Shown here: in pieces, positions 54,667 to 64,000 of the stretch
Layout of the letters: each line of letters opens with the position of its first letter
Position numbering within the stretch: the first letter of the stretch is position 1
Origin: Mycobacteriales bacterium
GTDB taxonomy: Bacteria > Actinomycetota > Actinomycetes > Mycobacteriales > QHCE01
Direction of reading: 5' to 3'
Length of the DNA: 64,000 nt
Assembly: GCA_041743105.1 (NCBI GenBank)
Contig: JBGTNI010000098.1
Span: 1,848-65,847, forward strand
The notes under the pieces: model-generated
The model's input: only the letters and a program-made list of their open reading frames with translations
The model's database searches: none
What the model was told of the DNA's origin: nothing
Position numbers and translations under genes: made by a program

Positions 54667-55121
54667 GCCGCCACAACGACCGTGTCGCAGCTGAGCCCGC
54701 GTTGGCCGCACTCACTGAGGACCAGGAACTCCCCGATCAGATCTTCACCGTCACTAGGGCCGATCTGGTGCGGTATGCAGGCGCGTCCGGTGACTTCAAC
54801 CCCATTCACTACAGCGATAGGATTGCCCGCGCCGCCGGGCTTGCCGGCGTGGTGGCTCACGGCATGTACACCATGGCGCTGGCCGCACGGGCAGTGAACG
54901 CCTGGGTAACTGACCCGGCGGCGGTGGTCGAGCTCGGGGTGCGGTTCACCAAGCCCATCGTGGTGCCAGACAACGAGACCGGCGTGGACGTAGTAGTCGG
55001 CGGCGTCGTGAAAAGCATCACTGACGACACGATGCAACTGGCACTGAACGTGGTCAGTAACGGCCAGAAGGTGCTCGGTCAAGCACGCGCGATCGTGAGA
55101 AGGAATGAGTCGACCGAATGA
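54663..55121 (+). CDS. MaoC-like (3R)-hydroxyacyl dehydratase subunit, HadB-like (catalytic hot-dog)
   Basis: RADLVRYAGASGDFNPIHYSD...VAHGMYTM carries the hydratase Asp/His motif. Has a 4-nt overlap with the preceding gene. Confidence 0.8.
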   Translation: MSRHNDRVAAEPALAALTEDQELPDQIFTVTRADLVRYAGASGDFNPIHYSDRIARAAGLAGVVAHGMYTMALAARAVNAWVTDPAAVVELGVRFTKPIVVPDNETGVDVVVGGVVKSITDDTMQLALNVVSNGQKVLGQARAIVRRNESTE

Positions 55122-56656
55122 TTGCGAACGAAATGCTCGCGAAGAAGCCCGCTATTGAGTCAACGCCGGTTTCTGTCGACTCGCAACCGTTCGAGTGGCG
55201 TAAGAGACTGAATACGTTTGGCTTCAGCTTCTGGTACGCACATGCCTATTGGTGGCTTCCCGCCGCGGCGACGCTACTGATTGTTAGATATGGGGCGGGA
55301 CGGCCAGTTTTGGGGTGGGACGAAATAGCTACCTGGGACGCCAGTACCCGATCCCTGTCCGAACTGGTAGCCCTTGCCGCGAACATCGATGTCGTGTTTG
55401 CTCCCTACTACCTCTTCATGCATGCATGGATTGAGGTCTTCGGTGACTCAGAAGTAGCGTTGCGCGCTCCGTCAATTCTGACGACTGTGGCTGCCGTGGC
55501 GTTGATCGCCGTTCTAGCTCGGCGCCTTTTCTCGCCCCGCGTCGGACTCATCACCGGCTTGTTGCTGGCTATCGTCCCTGGCATTACGCGCTACGGGCAG
55601 GAAGTGCGACCGTATGGTTTTGCGCTGATGTTCGGGACGCTAGCCACGTTGCTTTTATTTCGTGCTTTGGATCGCTCATCGTGGTGGCGCTGGGCCGGAT
55701 ACTCTTTGACAGTGGCCCTGCTCGGGTTGTTCCAGCTCATGGGCCTCTTGCTGCTCCTGGGGCACGCCGCGGTGGTAGCCGAGCGTATATGGCGGGTTCG
55801 AAACTGGAAGCAAGCTGTCAGGGACCGGGCGGCGCTCGGTTGGCTGATTGCGGCGGTGATGGGCGTGCTTCCATGCCTGCCTCTGGCATATATAGCATTG
55901 GGACAGCGAAGCCAGTTGAACTGGCTCCCTCCTATGCAGTGGGATTCATTTCAGAACTTGCCGAACGACCTGTTTTGGTCACCACTTATTGGCTGGTTCA
56001 TTCTGGGCTTGACGCTGTTCGCGGGCGCGCTCGATGGATCCGCGGTCCGCCGGCTGGTTTTCATAGCTGTGCTGCCGGTATTCGGTCTGTACGTTGCTGC
56101 GTTCTTCACATGGCTATGGGTTCCACGCTACGTCATCTACACGCTGCCCATTTGGTGCTTACTCGCGGCAGTTGCCGTGGCCACTCGCAGGTGGCGCATT
56201 GCCATGGTTTTCGCTCTCATTGCGACGATCGGACTACCTGTGCACGAGAATCTCCGAAAGAGCACCGGCCATGATCAGGCGGACTATCGAGTTGCGATGC
56301 GGGTCATCGACAAAAATTATCGGCCTGGCGATGGTATTGTGTACGAGCGCATTGTGGCGTGGAGTGTCCGGCCAGCGGTACGCTACTACCTTCCTAGCAA
56401 CCGTCCACGTGACGTACTGGCCGAGCGCAGTCCTCTACAGATGAATTCTATTTACGCAGAGGAATGCCGTAATCCAAGCCTCTGTCTGAGTGGTGTACCG
56501 AGGGTCTGGGTGTTCCTGCCCCATACTTTCTACTCGCCGTTAAGCCAGCTTTCCGACTCTACTGCTGATGCAATTGAGGATCAGTACGAAGTCGATCAAA
56601 TCTGGCGGTTGGGGAACGCTACAGTTGGGCTCTATGTTCGCGAATCTTCAGCATGA
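55118..56656 (+). CDS. GT-C fold membrane glycosyltransferase (GT39/ArnT-PMT-like), paralog 1
   Basis: First-loop acidic motif GWDEIATW, then APYYLFMHAWIEVFGDSEVALRAPSIL. About 11 TM segments plus a soluble C-domain. The ATG overlaps the HadB-like stop (ATGA). Confidence 0.7.
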   Translation: MIANEMLAKKPAIESTPVSVDSQPFEWRKRLNTFGFSFWYAHAYWWLPAAATLLIVRYGAGRPVLGWDEIATWDASTRSLSELVALAANIDVVFAPYYLFMHAWIEVFGDSEVALRAPSILTTVAAVALIAVLARRLFSPRVGLITGLLLAIVPGITRYGQEVRPYGFALMFGTLATLLLFRALDRSSWWRWAGYSLTVALLGLFQLMGLLLLLGHAAVVAERIWRVRNWKQAVRDRAALGWLIAAVMGVLPCLPLAYIALGQRSQLNWLPPMQWDSFQNLPNDLFWSPLIGWFILGLTLFAGALDGSAVRRLVFIAVLPVFGLYVAAFFTWLWVPRYVIYTLPIWCLLAAVAVATRRWRIAMVFALIATIGLPVHENLRKSTGHDQADYRVAMRVIDKNYRPGDGIVYERIVAWSVRPAVRYYLPSNRPRDVLAERSPLQMNSIYAEECRNPSLCLSGVPRVWVFLPHTFYSPLSQLSDSTADAIEDQYEVDQIWRLGNATVGLYVRESSA

Positions 56657-56704
56657 CGTCCGTGCAGCGCTGGGGCCGCACGCCGGATTCCAAGATTTAT
56701 CCAG

Positions 56705-58276
56705 TTGACCCGCAGGCGAGTAGAAGAGATAGCTGCTATGTCCGCTGTAATTGAATGTGACAGTCAGAATCCAGGTAGCGCTGGGTCCGTAGCCCAAATG
56801 CGTAACACTGGTTTGGCGCGAATAGTCGAGATCGGCAGGAGCGCATTGCTCGACCGGTTCTACTGGGCCGGACCGACGCTACTGGCCTTTGCTGTCACGG
56901 CAGTGGGCGTCACACGCCCGTCGTTGTGGGCAGATGAGCTCGCCACCTGGAGTGCGGCCAGGCGTTCGTGGTCACAGCTATGGACTCTGCTGGGAGATCT
57001 CGATGCGGTGGCTGCCCCGTATTACGTATTCATGCACGTGTGGATGAGAATCTTCGGAGAGTCCGAGCTCGCGCTGCGCGCGCCGTCGATCATTGCCATG
57101 ACCGCGACAGCGGGGCTGCTCGTCGTGCTGGGCAGAAGGTTGTACTCGATCAAGGTCGGGGTGATAGCCGGTGTCTTGTTTGCCATTATGCCGATGATCA
57201 CCAGGTTTGCTCAGGAAGCGCGTGTCGCGTCGTTTGTAGTCCTGTTCGCGGTGTTGTCTACCCTCGCCCTCACCGGTGCCGTCGACCGGTCTCGATGGTG
57301 GCGTTGGGGTGGCTACGGCACTGCGGTGCTGGCGCTGGGCGCGGCCAACCTGATCGCGCTGATGCTGCTGGCGGCGCACGCGGTATTCGTTGCGAAACAG
57401 TGGTGGGAAAGCCGGAGTAACCGATCGGTAGCGCTGCCGGCTAGATGGCTGGCAAGCGTGATTGTGCCGCTGTTGCTGCTGTCGCCCATGATCTATTTCG
57501 GTCACCAGCAGAGCTATCAGCTGTCCTGGATAGAGCAGCCATCCTGGGCTGTGTTCAATACGCTTCCCGCGCTGACGGGTTCGGCCGCTCTCGGCGGCGC
57601 ACTGATCGCGCTCGGGCTGCTCGGGCTGCTGGCGTTGCCGTTGGCCGGTCGCGCGCAAAGCATGCTGGTCGCCTGGCTCGCGTTACCACCGGTGCTGCTG
57701 TTTGCGGTCTCGGTTCTCGGATCGCAGTCGTACTGGGTGCGGCGTTACTTGATCTTTCTGCTGCCGGGCCTGGCGCTGCTCGCGGCACTGGGACTGTCCA
57801 AGACGAAACTGGGCTACTGCACGCTCGTCATCGCGGCACTGGCGGTGTTCATCTTTCCCGTCCACCTGTCGTTTCGGGATCCGGAAGCGCACTACGGCTT
57901 CAACGGTCCCGTCGTCGAGCGTTACGTCAGCCAGCGGCTGGCGGCTGGAGATGTCGCGGTCTTTCCAGATGCTGACTCTCACGGGTCACGTAACTTGATC
58001 CGCTACTACGGCCCGAGCAGTACGGAGCTTCCGGACGCCTTAGCCATTCGTAGCGGTGAAGAGATCGGCCGGTACGGGCCGGCAGAGTGCGGACAGCCGG
58101 CGGCATGCCTTGCCGATGTCCAGCGCATCTGGCTGTTCCGGTGGTCTCCGTTCGGCGACGATCCGTTCGGCAGCATGAACAATCCGGTGAAGGAAGCTTT
58201 CCTTCGCGACAACTTCACCGTCGCAGAGGCAAAAACGATCGGCCAGATCAATGTGCTGCTGCTGCAGCGCAAGTAG
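56705..58276 (+). CDS. GT-C fold membrane glycosyltransferase (GT39/ArnT-PMT-like), paralog 2
   Basis: LWADELATW, then APYYVFMHVWMRIFGESELALRAPSII. Collinear with paralog 1. Start is TTG at 56705 or ATG at 56738. Confidence 0.7.
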   Translation: MTRRRVEEIAAMSAVIECDSQNPGSAGSVAQMRNTGLARIVEIGRSALLDRFYWAGPTLLAFAVTAVGVTRPSLWADELATWSAARRSWSQLWTLLGDLDAVAAPYYVFMHVWMRIFGESELALRAPSIIAMTATAGLLVVLGRRLYSIKVGVIAGVLFAIMPMITRFAQEARVASFVVLFAVLSTLALTGAVDRSRWWRWGGYGTAVLALGAANLIALMLLAAHAVFVAKQWWESRSNRSVALPARWLASVIVPLLLLSPMIYFGHQQSYQLSWIEQPSWAVFNTLPALTGSAALGGALIALGLLGLLALPLAGRAQSMLVAWLALPPVLLFAVSVLGSQSYWVRRYLIFLLPGLALLAALGLSKTKLGYCTLVIAALAVFIFPVHLSFRDPEAHYGFNGPVVERYVSQRLAAGDVAVFPDADSHGSRNLIRYYGPSSTELPDALAIRSGEEIGRYGPAECGQPAACLADVQRIWLFRWSPFGDDPFGSMNNPVKEAFLRDNFTVAEAKTIGQINVLLLQRK

Positions 58277-58327
58277 GCTCGGCCAGCTGCACCGGTCGGC
58301 TAGTGCGGCGTCGTTGATTTCGCGTTC

Positions 58328-59665
58328 TCATGTTGTGTGCGCGAGAGCCGATTCCGGGGCGCCCGGTGAATGCGTGGTCTGTGGTCTCGGCGTATCCCTT
58401 CTCCTCGCAGCCAAGGTTGCCGTGTGGTCTGGGGCACGGTCGGGTGGGCTAGGTAGAAATACAATCAACAGGATCATGCCGATCAAGAAGGCGTTGGCGC
58501 CGATCCACCGTTCCGCCGTCCACGCGGCGAATGGCGGATAGTCTCCGTAGGCTTCGAGGCGGGTGGAGAACAGCACGAATGTGCCCAGCGCTACCGTAAC
58601 CCACAGTAGGCGGCGAAATAGGCGTGTGGCATGTAACGCGGCTATCACCAACACGATCAAGCTCGGGGCAACCCATACCAGGTGATGTACCCATGAAATA
58701 GGGCTCACCAGGCAGGTAGCGAGGCCGACAATACTGAATCCCGTCAGCTCTGCCCCGAAGCGCTGCGCACGCTGGGCGCGCCATAGCGCGAACAAGGCGA
58801 CCGGAACGGCGAGCGCGAGCCAGGCCAGCTGCGATGCATGTGGTGTGTCATTGATGCGAGCTATTAGGCCGGCTAGCGACTGGTTATTGATGCGTTGCCC
58901 GATGCTCAAACGCGTCGTGTCTGACATGTACTCGGTGAAGTACAACCAGGAGGCTCGCGGCATAAGTAAGAAGCCCACCAATGTGGCACAGGCCGCTGTC
59001 GCTGTGGCCACGATCGTGGCACGCCACCTGCGCGTGACCAGAAGGTAGACGATGAACAAGGCGGGAGTTAGCTTAATTGCGGCGGCGATGCCAATGCCGA
59101 TGCCCGCCCATCGGGAGCCTCGAGAGAGCAGCACGAAATCGGCGACGACAAACGCGACAAGGAAAAGGTTAATCTGGCCGAGTTCAACAGTTCGGTAGAT
59201 TGGCCCTAGCGCAAAAGCACCAGCGGTAGCCAGCGCCCAGACGTAGACCTTGTTCCACCCGGTGCGTTTCACCAAAGGGGCTACCAGCCACCACATGAAG
59301 AGCGCCAATGCACCCAGCGATGCCTGTGTGAACAGCGTGGTGGCCATTGGGGAGAGGTCGAAGAAGGACAGAGGTGCCAAGAATACGGCGGCAAAGGGTG
59401 GATAGACAAATCCGAGGGGCTCAGCGCCGCTTCCCGCATGAAAGTCGTACAACGGTCGGTCATGATTCCAGAACCAATCCATCGCGCCGTGGTAGACAGT
59501 GAGATCTAACGGGTATCTGTAGACGTCCTGGTGCACTGCCCAAGCGGTGCTCGCTAGGATCGCCAATGCGGCGGTCACGACCATAAATACGTGCCGGACC
59601 ACAGGGTTTCCCCACGTCCGTCGGGAGCTGGCCCTTACACGGGACCACGCGGCTTCACGAGACAT
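58328..59665 (-). CDS. GT87/DUF2029 membrane glycosyltransferase (mannosyltransferase-like)
   Basis: DVYRYPLDLTVYHGAMDWFW...PLYDF...LGFVYPPFAAVFLAPL. Multiple TM segments. Confidence 0.7.
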   Translation of the reverse strand: MSREAAWSRVRASSRRTWGNPVVRHVFMVVTAALAILASTAWAVHQDVYRYPLDLTVYHGAMDWFWNHDRPLYDFHAGSGAEPLGFVYPPFAAVFLAPLSFFDLSPMATTLFTQASLGALALFMWWLVAPLVKRTGWNKVYVWALATAGAFALGPIYRTVELGQINLFLVAFVVADFVLLSRGSRWAGIGIGIAAAIKLTPALFIVYLLVTRRWRATIVATATAACATLVGFLLMPRASWLYFTEYMSDTTRLSIGQRINNQSLAGLIARINDTPHASQLAWLALAVPVALFALWRAQRAQRFGAELTGFSIVGLATCLVSPISWVHHLVWVAPSLIVLVIAALHATRLFRRLLWVTVALGTFVLFSTRLEAYGDYPPFAAWTAERWIGANAFLIGMILLIVFLPSPPDRAPDHTATLAARRRDTPRPQTTHSPGAPESALAHTT

Positions 59666-59684
59666 GATCGTAGTGGTACAAGGA

Positions 59685-60950
59685 TTATTGCTGCCCTAGC
59701 AGTTGCTGGATTCGCTGCATACCCTCGCTGAGATCATCGTCGGAAAGCGCGTAGGAAAGTCGGAGGTAGCCGGGTAGGCCGAATGCCTCGCCCGGGACCA
59801 CAGCCACTTCGGCGCGATCGAGGATCAGCTCGGCCAGCTGCGTCGACGAGCCGATCGTCACATCGCCGATGGTACGACCCAACAAGCCTCGCACTGACGG
59901 GAAGACGTAGAACGCGCCGCGGGGCTCCGGGCAGACCACGCCGTCGATTTCGCGCAGTAGTTTCACGATGCTGTTGCGGCGCCGGTCGAAGGCCTCTCGC
60001 ATGGTGTATACGGCCGACAGATCGCCGCTCACCGCAGCAAGGGCGGCCATCTGGGCCACATTGCAAACGTTGGACGTCAGGTGAGACTGAAAGTTGCTTG
60101 CCGCGTTGATCACGTCCTGCGGGCCGAACATCCAGCCCACTCGCCAGCCGGTCATCGCATACGTTTTTGCCACACCGTTTACCACTATGCACTGGTCGGC
60201 CAGCTCGGGTACCACGGAAAGAATGGAGGACCATTGGGTGTCATACACCAAATGTTCGTAGATCTCATCGGTGACGACCCAGATGCCGTGGTCGAGCGCC
60301 CACCGGCCGATCTCAGTCAGTTGGTGCGGTGAGTACATCGCGCCGGTGGGATTACTGGGCGAACACAGAATCAACGCCGTGGTGTCCGCGGTGCGCGCCG
60401 CCTCCAGTTGCGCCACCGTCACCAGGTATTGCTGCGACTCATCGGCCACAACTGGCACGGTGATGCCTCCGGCCAGTGCGATTGCTTCGGGGTAGGTAGT
60501 CCAGTACGGCGCGGGTAGCAGCACCTGGTCGCCGGGGTTCACGATCGTTGCGATTGCCTGAAACACGGCTTGCTTACCGCCGTTGGTCACCAAGACCTGG
60601 CTGGGATTGATAGTTATGCCACTGTCGCGCTGAGTCTTGTCGGCGATGGCTGTTTTTAGCGTGGGAAGGCCCGCAGCTGGCGTGTAACGGTGGAATTTCG
60701 CCTCGCGGGCCGCCGCTACCGCAGCTTCCACAATGTAGCCAGGAGTGGGGAAATCCGGCTCTCCGGCGCCGAAACCGATTATCGGCCGCCCGGCGGCCTT
60801 GAGTGCCTTGGCCTTGGCGTCTACGGCAAGTGTGGCCGACTCGGAAATACCGGCAACGAGTGAGGACACCCGGTGCCGAACCTTAGGGGCGGCACCGGCC
60901 TCGGAGTCAGAGGCTGAAGGCGGCGCAGAGGTCGAAGGTAACGCAGACAT
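59685..60950 (-). CDS. aspC: aspartate/aromatic aminotransferase (PLP fold type I)
   Basis: [27 protein letters not shown] and the PLP-lysine block [17 protein letters not shown]. Conserved actinobacterial position before tRNA-Trp-secE. Confidence 0.85.
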   Translation of the reverse strand: MSALPSTSAPPSASDSEAGAAPKVRHRVSSLVAGISESATLAVDAKAKALKAAGRPIIGFGAGEPDFPTPGYIVEAAVAAAREAKFHRYTPAAGLPTLKTAIADKTQRDSGITINPSQVLVTNGGKQAVFQAIATIVNPGDQVLLPAPYWTTYPEAIALAGGITVPVVADESQQYLVTVAQLEAARTADTTALILCSPSNPTGAMYSPHQLTEIGRWALDHGIWVVTDEIYEHLVYDTQWSSILSVVPELADQCIVVNGVAKTYAMTGWRVGWMFGPQDVINAASNFQSHLTSNVCNVAQMAALAAVSGDLSAVYTMREAFDRRRNSIVKLLREIDGVVCPEPRGAFYVFPSVRGLLGRTIGDVTIGSSTQLAELILDRAEVAVVPGEAFGLPGYLRLSYALSDDDLSEGMQRIQQLLGQQ

Positions 60951-61062
60951 AACCTTATGGTGCCATTGCGCTGGGTCAGCGCGATAGCTGGGCCACCAGA
61001 TTGGCCGACTTAGAAGATCACCGCGTACACTGGGCTGGCCGATCGCGCTTGAAGGCGCATCA

Positions 61063-61135
61063 AGGGGTGTGGCTCAATTGGTAGAGCAGCGGTCTCCAAA
61101 ACCGCAGGTTGCAGGTTCGAGTCCTGTCACCCCTG
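61063..61135 (+). tRNA. tRNA-Trp (anticodon CCA)
   Basis: Acceptor aggggtg/cacccct, anticodon stem gcggt/accgc with loop ctCCAaa, T arm gcagg-ttcgagt-cctgt. Confidence 0.9.
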
Positions 61136-61153
61136 CGACCCGACATCGGTTCG

Positions 61154-61489
61154 ATGTCAGATCTGGCAGTTGCTGTAGAGCGAGCAAGGGAAAATCTAGT
61201 GGCAAGTGAGACGATGGCTACGCGTTCGGGCGACAAGGAGCCTTCGGCGAAGGATCGCAAAGACCCCTCTCGCCGTAACTTCGTCGCACGCATTTCCTTG
61301 TTCATTCGAGAGGTGGTATTCGAGCTTCGGAAGGTCATCTGGCCTACTCGGCAGCAGCTCGTCACGTACACCACGGTAGTTTTGGTGTTCTTGGTGATCA
61401 TGACCGCGATCATCGCCACCCTTGACTTCGGCTTGGGTAGGGCAGTTTTGTGGGTATTTGGAACGCCCGGGTCAGCATCGGGTGGATAG
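61154..61489 (+). CDS. secE: preprotein translocase subunit SecE
   Basis: The charged N-terminus ends in FIREVVFELRKVIWPTRQQLVTYTTVVLVFLVIMTAIIATLDF. The ATG at 61154 lies after the tRNA; the ORF-track start at 61109 lies inside the tRNA. Confidence 0.9.
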   Translation: MSDLAVAVERARENLVASETMATRSGDKEPSAKDRKDPSRRNFVARISLFIREVVFELRKVIWPTRQQLVTYTTVVLVFLVIMTAIIATLDFGLGRAVLWVFGTPGSASGG

Positions 61490-61518
61490 CGTAAGAGCAA
61501 TGTGTCGTATCGCAGGAA

Positions 61519-62238
61519 GTGAGCCAACGCGTGTCTGACGTGGAGAACGGTGGCAACACAGTGGATGAGATTGCCGCCGAACCAATAGCAACCGACCGCG
61601 AGGCTGGGTCGGTAGCTGTTGCCGTCGACCCCGACGCTGCCTCCGACCCCGACGCGCAGGATCCGGTGGCTGAGCTTCGCGACGCGCTAGTTCGCGCTCC
61701 GGGGGATTGGTACGTTCTCCACTCCTACGCCGGTTACGAGAATAAGGTAAAGACCAATCTCGAAAGTCGGATTTCCAGCCTTGATATGGAAGACTTCATC
61801 TTCCAGATCGAGGTGCCCACCCAGGAGATCACCGAGGTCAAGAACGGCAAGCGTCAGCAGGTGCAGAGCAAGATCTTCCCCGGCTACATCCTGGTGCGCA
61901 TGGACCTCACGCCAGAGTCATGGTCTGCCGTACGCAACACCCCCGGTGTGACTGGCTTCGTCGGCACCACATCGCGGTCAGACCACCCGTCGCCGCTGAC
62001 CATGGACGACGTGCTCCGCATTCTCTCGCCGACGGTAAAGAAAGAGACCAAGCCACAGATTCGCGTGCTCGATTTCGAAGTTGGCGACTCCGTCACGGTC
62101 ACCGAAGGGGCGTTCGCGACACTGCCGGCTACGATCTCGGAGATCAACTCCGAAGCTCAAAAGCTCAAGGTGCTGGTCTCTATCTTCGGTCGGGAGACCC
62201 CAGTGGAACTCAACTTTACCCAGGTTGCGAAAATTTAA
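61519..62238 (+). CDS. nusG: transcription termination/antitermination factor NusG
   Basis: [28 protein letters not shown] and a KOW motif [21 protein letters not shown]. An acidic N-terminal extension is typical of actinobacteria. An alternative GTG lies at 61531. Confidence 0.9.
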   Translation: MSQRVSDVENGGNTVDEIAAEPIATDREAGSVAVAVDPDAASDPDAQDPVAELRDALVRAPGDWYVLHSYAGYENKVKTNLESRISSLDMEDFIFQIEVPTQEITEVKNGKRQQVQSKIFPGYILVRMDLTPESWSAVRNTPGVTGFVGTTSRSDHPSPLTMDDVLRILSPTVKKETKPQIRVLDFEVGDSVTVTEGAFATLPATISEINSEAQKLKVLVSIFGRETPVELNFTQVAKI

Positions 62239-62319
62239 CCGTCGTACTCTATAGGTGGGTCCTGCCCTCGGCAGGTGGACCATCTTCTCCGGCACCGCTG
62301 TCTATTACAGGAAACTCGA

Positions 62320-62754
62320 ATGCCTCCAAAGAAGAAAAAGGTCAGTAAGATCATCCGGCTGCAGATCGCGGCCGGCCAGGCCACGCCAGCTCCTCCGGTC
62401 GGCCCCGCGCTGGGTCAGCATGGCGTCAACATTATGGAATTCTGCAAGGCCTACAACGCCGAAACTGAAGGCCAGCGCGGCAATATCGTGCCAGTCGAAA
62501 TCTCGGTGTACGAAGACCGTTCCTTTACTTTCGTCACCAAGACCCCGCCTGCGGCGCGCCTGCTCCTCAAGGCCGCAGGTGTGGAGAAGGGTTCCGGCGA
62601 GCCTCACAGCAAGAAGGTCGCCTCGGTGACACAGGATCAGGTGCGGGAGATCGCCCAGACGAAAATGACGGACCTTAACGCCAATGATCTCGACCAGGCC
62701 GCGAAGATCATCGCCGGCACTGCCCGCTCCATGGGTATTACCGTCAAAGACTGA
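62320..62754 (+). CDS. rplK: 50S ribosomal protein L11
   Basis: [46 protein letters not shown]. Confidence 0.95.
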   Translation: MPPKKKKVSKIIRLQIAAGQATPAPPVGPALGQHGVNIMEFCKAYNAETEGQRGNIVPVEISVYEDRSFTFVTKTPPAARLLLKAAGVEKGSGEPHSKKVASVTQDQVREIAQTKMTDLNANDLDQAAKIIAGTARSMGITVKD

Positions 62755-62818
62755 TTTAGATTGCGTGGGAGGGCCAGGCGCTGGTCCGTTAACCACTGAC
62801 TCTCATTAGGAGAACCTC

Positions 62819-63526
62819 ATGAAGCGCAGCAAGGCATACCGTGTCGCGGCGGAGCTCGTCGACCGCGACACCGTCTACAGCCCATTGCAGGCCGCAACGC
62901 TGGCTAAGAAGACCTCGACCACGAAGTACGACGCTACCGTTGAGGTAGCGGTTCGGCTCGGCGTAGACCCCCGTAAGGCGGACCAGATGGTCCGCGGCAC
63001 AGTGAACCTGCCACACGGCACTGGCAAAACCGCTCGGGTCATCGTCTTCGCCGTGGGCGACAAGGCAGCTGCGGCGCAAGCCGCCGGAGCCGACGCTGTC
63101 GGCAGCGACGATCTGATCGCCCGCATCCAAGAAGGCTGGTTAGATTTCGACGCGGCCATCGCCGCTCCGGACCAAATGGCCAAGGTAGGTCGCATCGCCC
63201 GCGTGCTTGGCCCCCGAGGCTTGATGCCCAACCCTAAGACCGGCACGGTTACGCCCGACGTGGCCAAAGCCATTGCCGACATCAAGGGCGGAAAAATCAA
63301 CTTCCGCATCGATAAGCAGGCCAACCTACACTTGGTGATCGGTAAAGCCAGCTTCGCCGCCGACAAGCTCGTAGAGAATTACGGTGCGGTGCTTGACGAG
63401 ATCGTTCGTGCCAAGCCGAGCTCGTCCAAGGGGAAGTACGTTAAGAAAATCACTTTCACCACCACCATGGGCCCCGGCATTTCGGTGGACACGAATAGAA
63501 CCAAGAATCTCCTCGAAGACGAGTAA
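62819..63526 (+). CDS. rplA: 50S ribosomal protein L1
   Basis: MKRSKAYR... [35 protein letters not shown] ... [15 protein letters not shown]. Confidence 0.95.
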   Translation: MKRSKAYRVAAELVDRDTVYSPLQAATLAKKTSTTKYDATVEVAVRLGVDPRKADQMVRGTVNLPHGTGKTARVIVFAVGDKAAAAQAAGADAVGSDDLIARIQEGWLDFDAAIAAPDQMAKVGRIARVLGPRGLMPNPKTGTVTPDVAKAIADIKGGKINFRIDKQANLHLVIGKASFAADKLVENYGAVLDEIVRAKPSSSKGKYVKKITFTTTMGPGISVDTNRTKNLLEDE

Positions 63527-63632
63527 TCGCGGGAGCCAGCGCTCGCTGGCGGCCCTTGACATGCGGCTAGCGTTAGCGGCAACCAGCGCCGGATTGTCGT
63601 TCTTGGCTCCGACCTGACACTAGGCTGGCAAC

Positions 63633-64000
63633 ATGCACATCGAAATCTGTGTTGACGCCAATGACGTGGAACGCTTGGCTTCCTTCTGGGAGCTGGCGTT
63701 GGGCTACCGGCGAGGTAGTGGCGATGGAGAGCCGTATCTGAACCTTGTGCCAGCGCAAGGCGATGACGGACCGGTGGTGCTCCTGCAACGTGTGCCAGAG
63801 GCGCCGCGGGTCAAAAACCGTGTCCACCTCGACGTATACGCCCAAGATGCACCGGGTTTGATCGACCGACTGGTTGATGCAGGCGGGAAACGCGTTGACG
63901 AACCCACTACGGATGGGAAAACGTGGTGGCAGGTGATGACGGACCCTGAGGGGAACGTTTTCTGCGTTATGCAAGAGAAGGCGGACCTGCAAGAACATTT
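63633..64000 (+). CDS. VOC/glyoxalase-like domain protein, 3' end outside window
   Basis: The ATG at 63633 is open to the window edge (not in ORF track). MHIEICVDANDVERLASFWELALGY...KNRVHLDVY...VMTDPEGNVFCV. Paralog of the gene at 45623-45976. Confidence 0.6.
   Translation, partial: MHIEICVDANDVERLASFWELALGYRRGSGDGEPYLNLVPAQGDDGPVVLLQRVPEAPRVKNRVHLDVYAQDAPGLIDRLVDAGGKRVDEPTTDGKTWWQVMTDPEGNVFCVMQEKADLQEH

Noticed and set aside
62239-62319. L1/L11 autoregulatory leader structure upstream of rplK
   Set aside because: Only a short cctgcc-ctc-ggcagg hairpin is visible. It could equally be a nusG terminator or attenuator. The evidence is insufficient to call an L1-binding mimic.

Overview
High-GC actinobacterial chromosomal window, mostly housekeeping genes. 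The assignment rests on the rpmG / MaoC-dehydratase pair / tRNA-Trp / secE / nusG / rplK / rplA synteny, a mycothiol-dependent enzyme, and many 4-nt ATGA/GTGA gene overlaps. Left to right: prfB, ftsEX plus a coiled-coil M23 peptidase, smpB, fprA, a DUF2207 protein, a PrpD/PrpB-like pair, tmRNA (ssrA), and an AT-rich relBE module followed by GNAT and AAA-ATPase/nuclease genes. Then ArsR+SRPBCC, a secreted/membrane trio, an NDH-2 fused and coupled to a repeated 4-TM membrane module, SRAP, MOSC and vapBC. Then a Mo-oxidoreductase, GT87, moeZ, an N-terminally truncated LuxR response regulator, moaA/moaD, a second vapBC, bcp and a disrupted ltrA. Then two MFS pumps, DUF899, VOC proteins, an ECF-type sigma factor, DUF885, a third vapBC, a five-fold GntR-like wHTH repeat protein and thiD-thiE-thiM. 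Finally a GAF-GGDEF-EAL sensor, tRNA-Thr/Met, rpmG, the HadAB-like dehydratases, three GT-C glycosyltransferases, aspC and the secE-nusG-rplKA block. No CRISPR array, rRNA, transposase or integrase is visible. The most interesting signals are small and non-coding: (1) a ~100-nt nested-hairpin repeat with compensatory stem changes, one copy beside ssrA and one inserted in ltrA, where deleting exactly 98 nt restores the reading frame; (2) two 65-nt palindromic elements that bracket a vapBC cassette; (3) a ~47-nt direct repeat flanking the DUF885 gene. The protein-level oddities are the NDH-2/4-TM repeat system and the 5x wHTH protein. All family calls come from reading the translations by eye; no database search was run.
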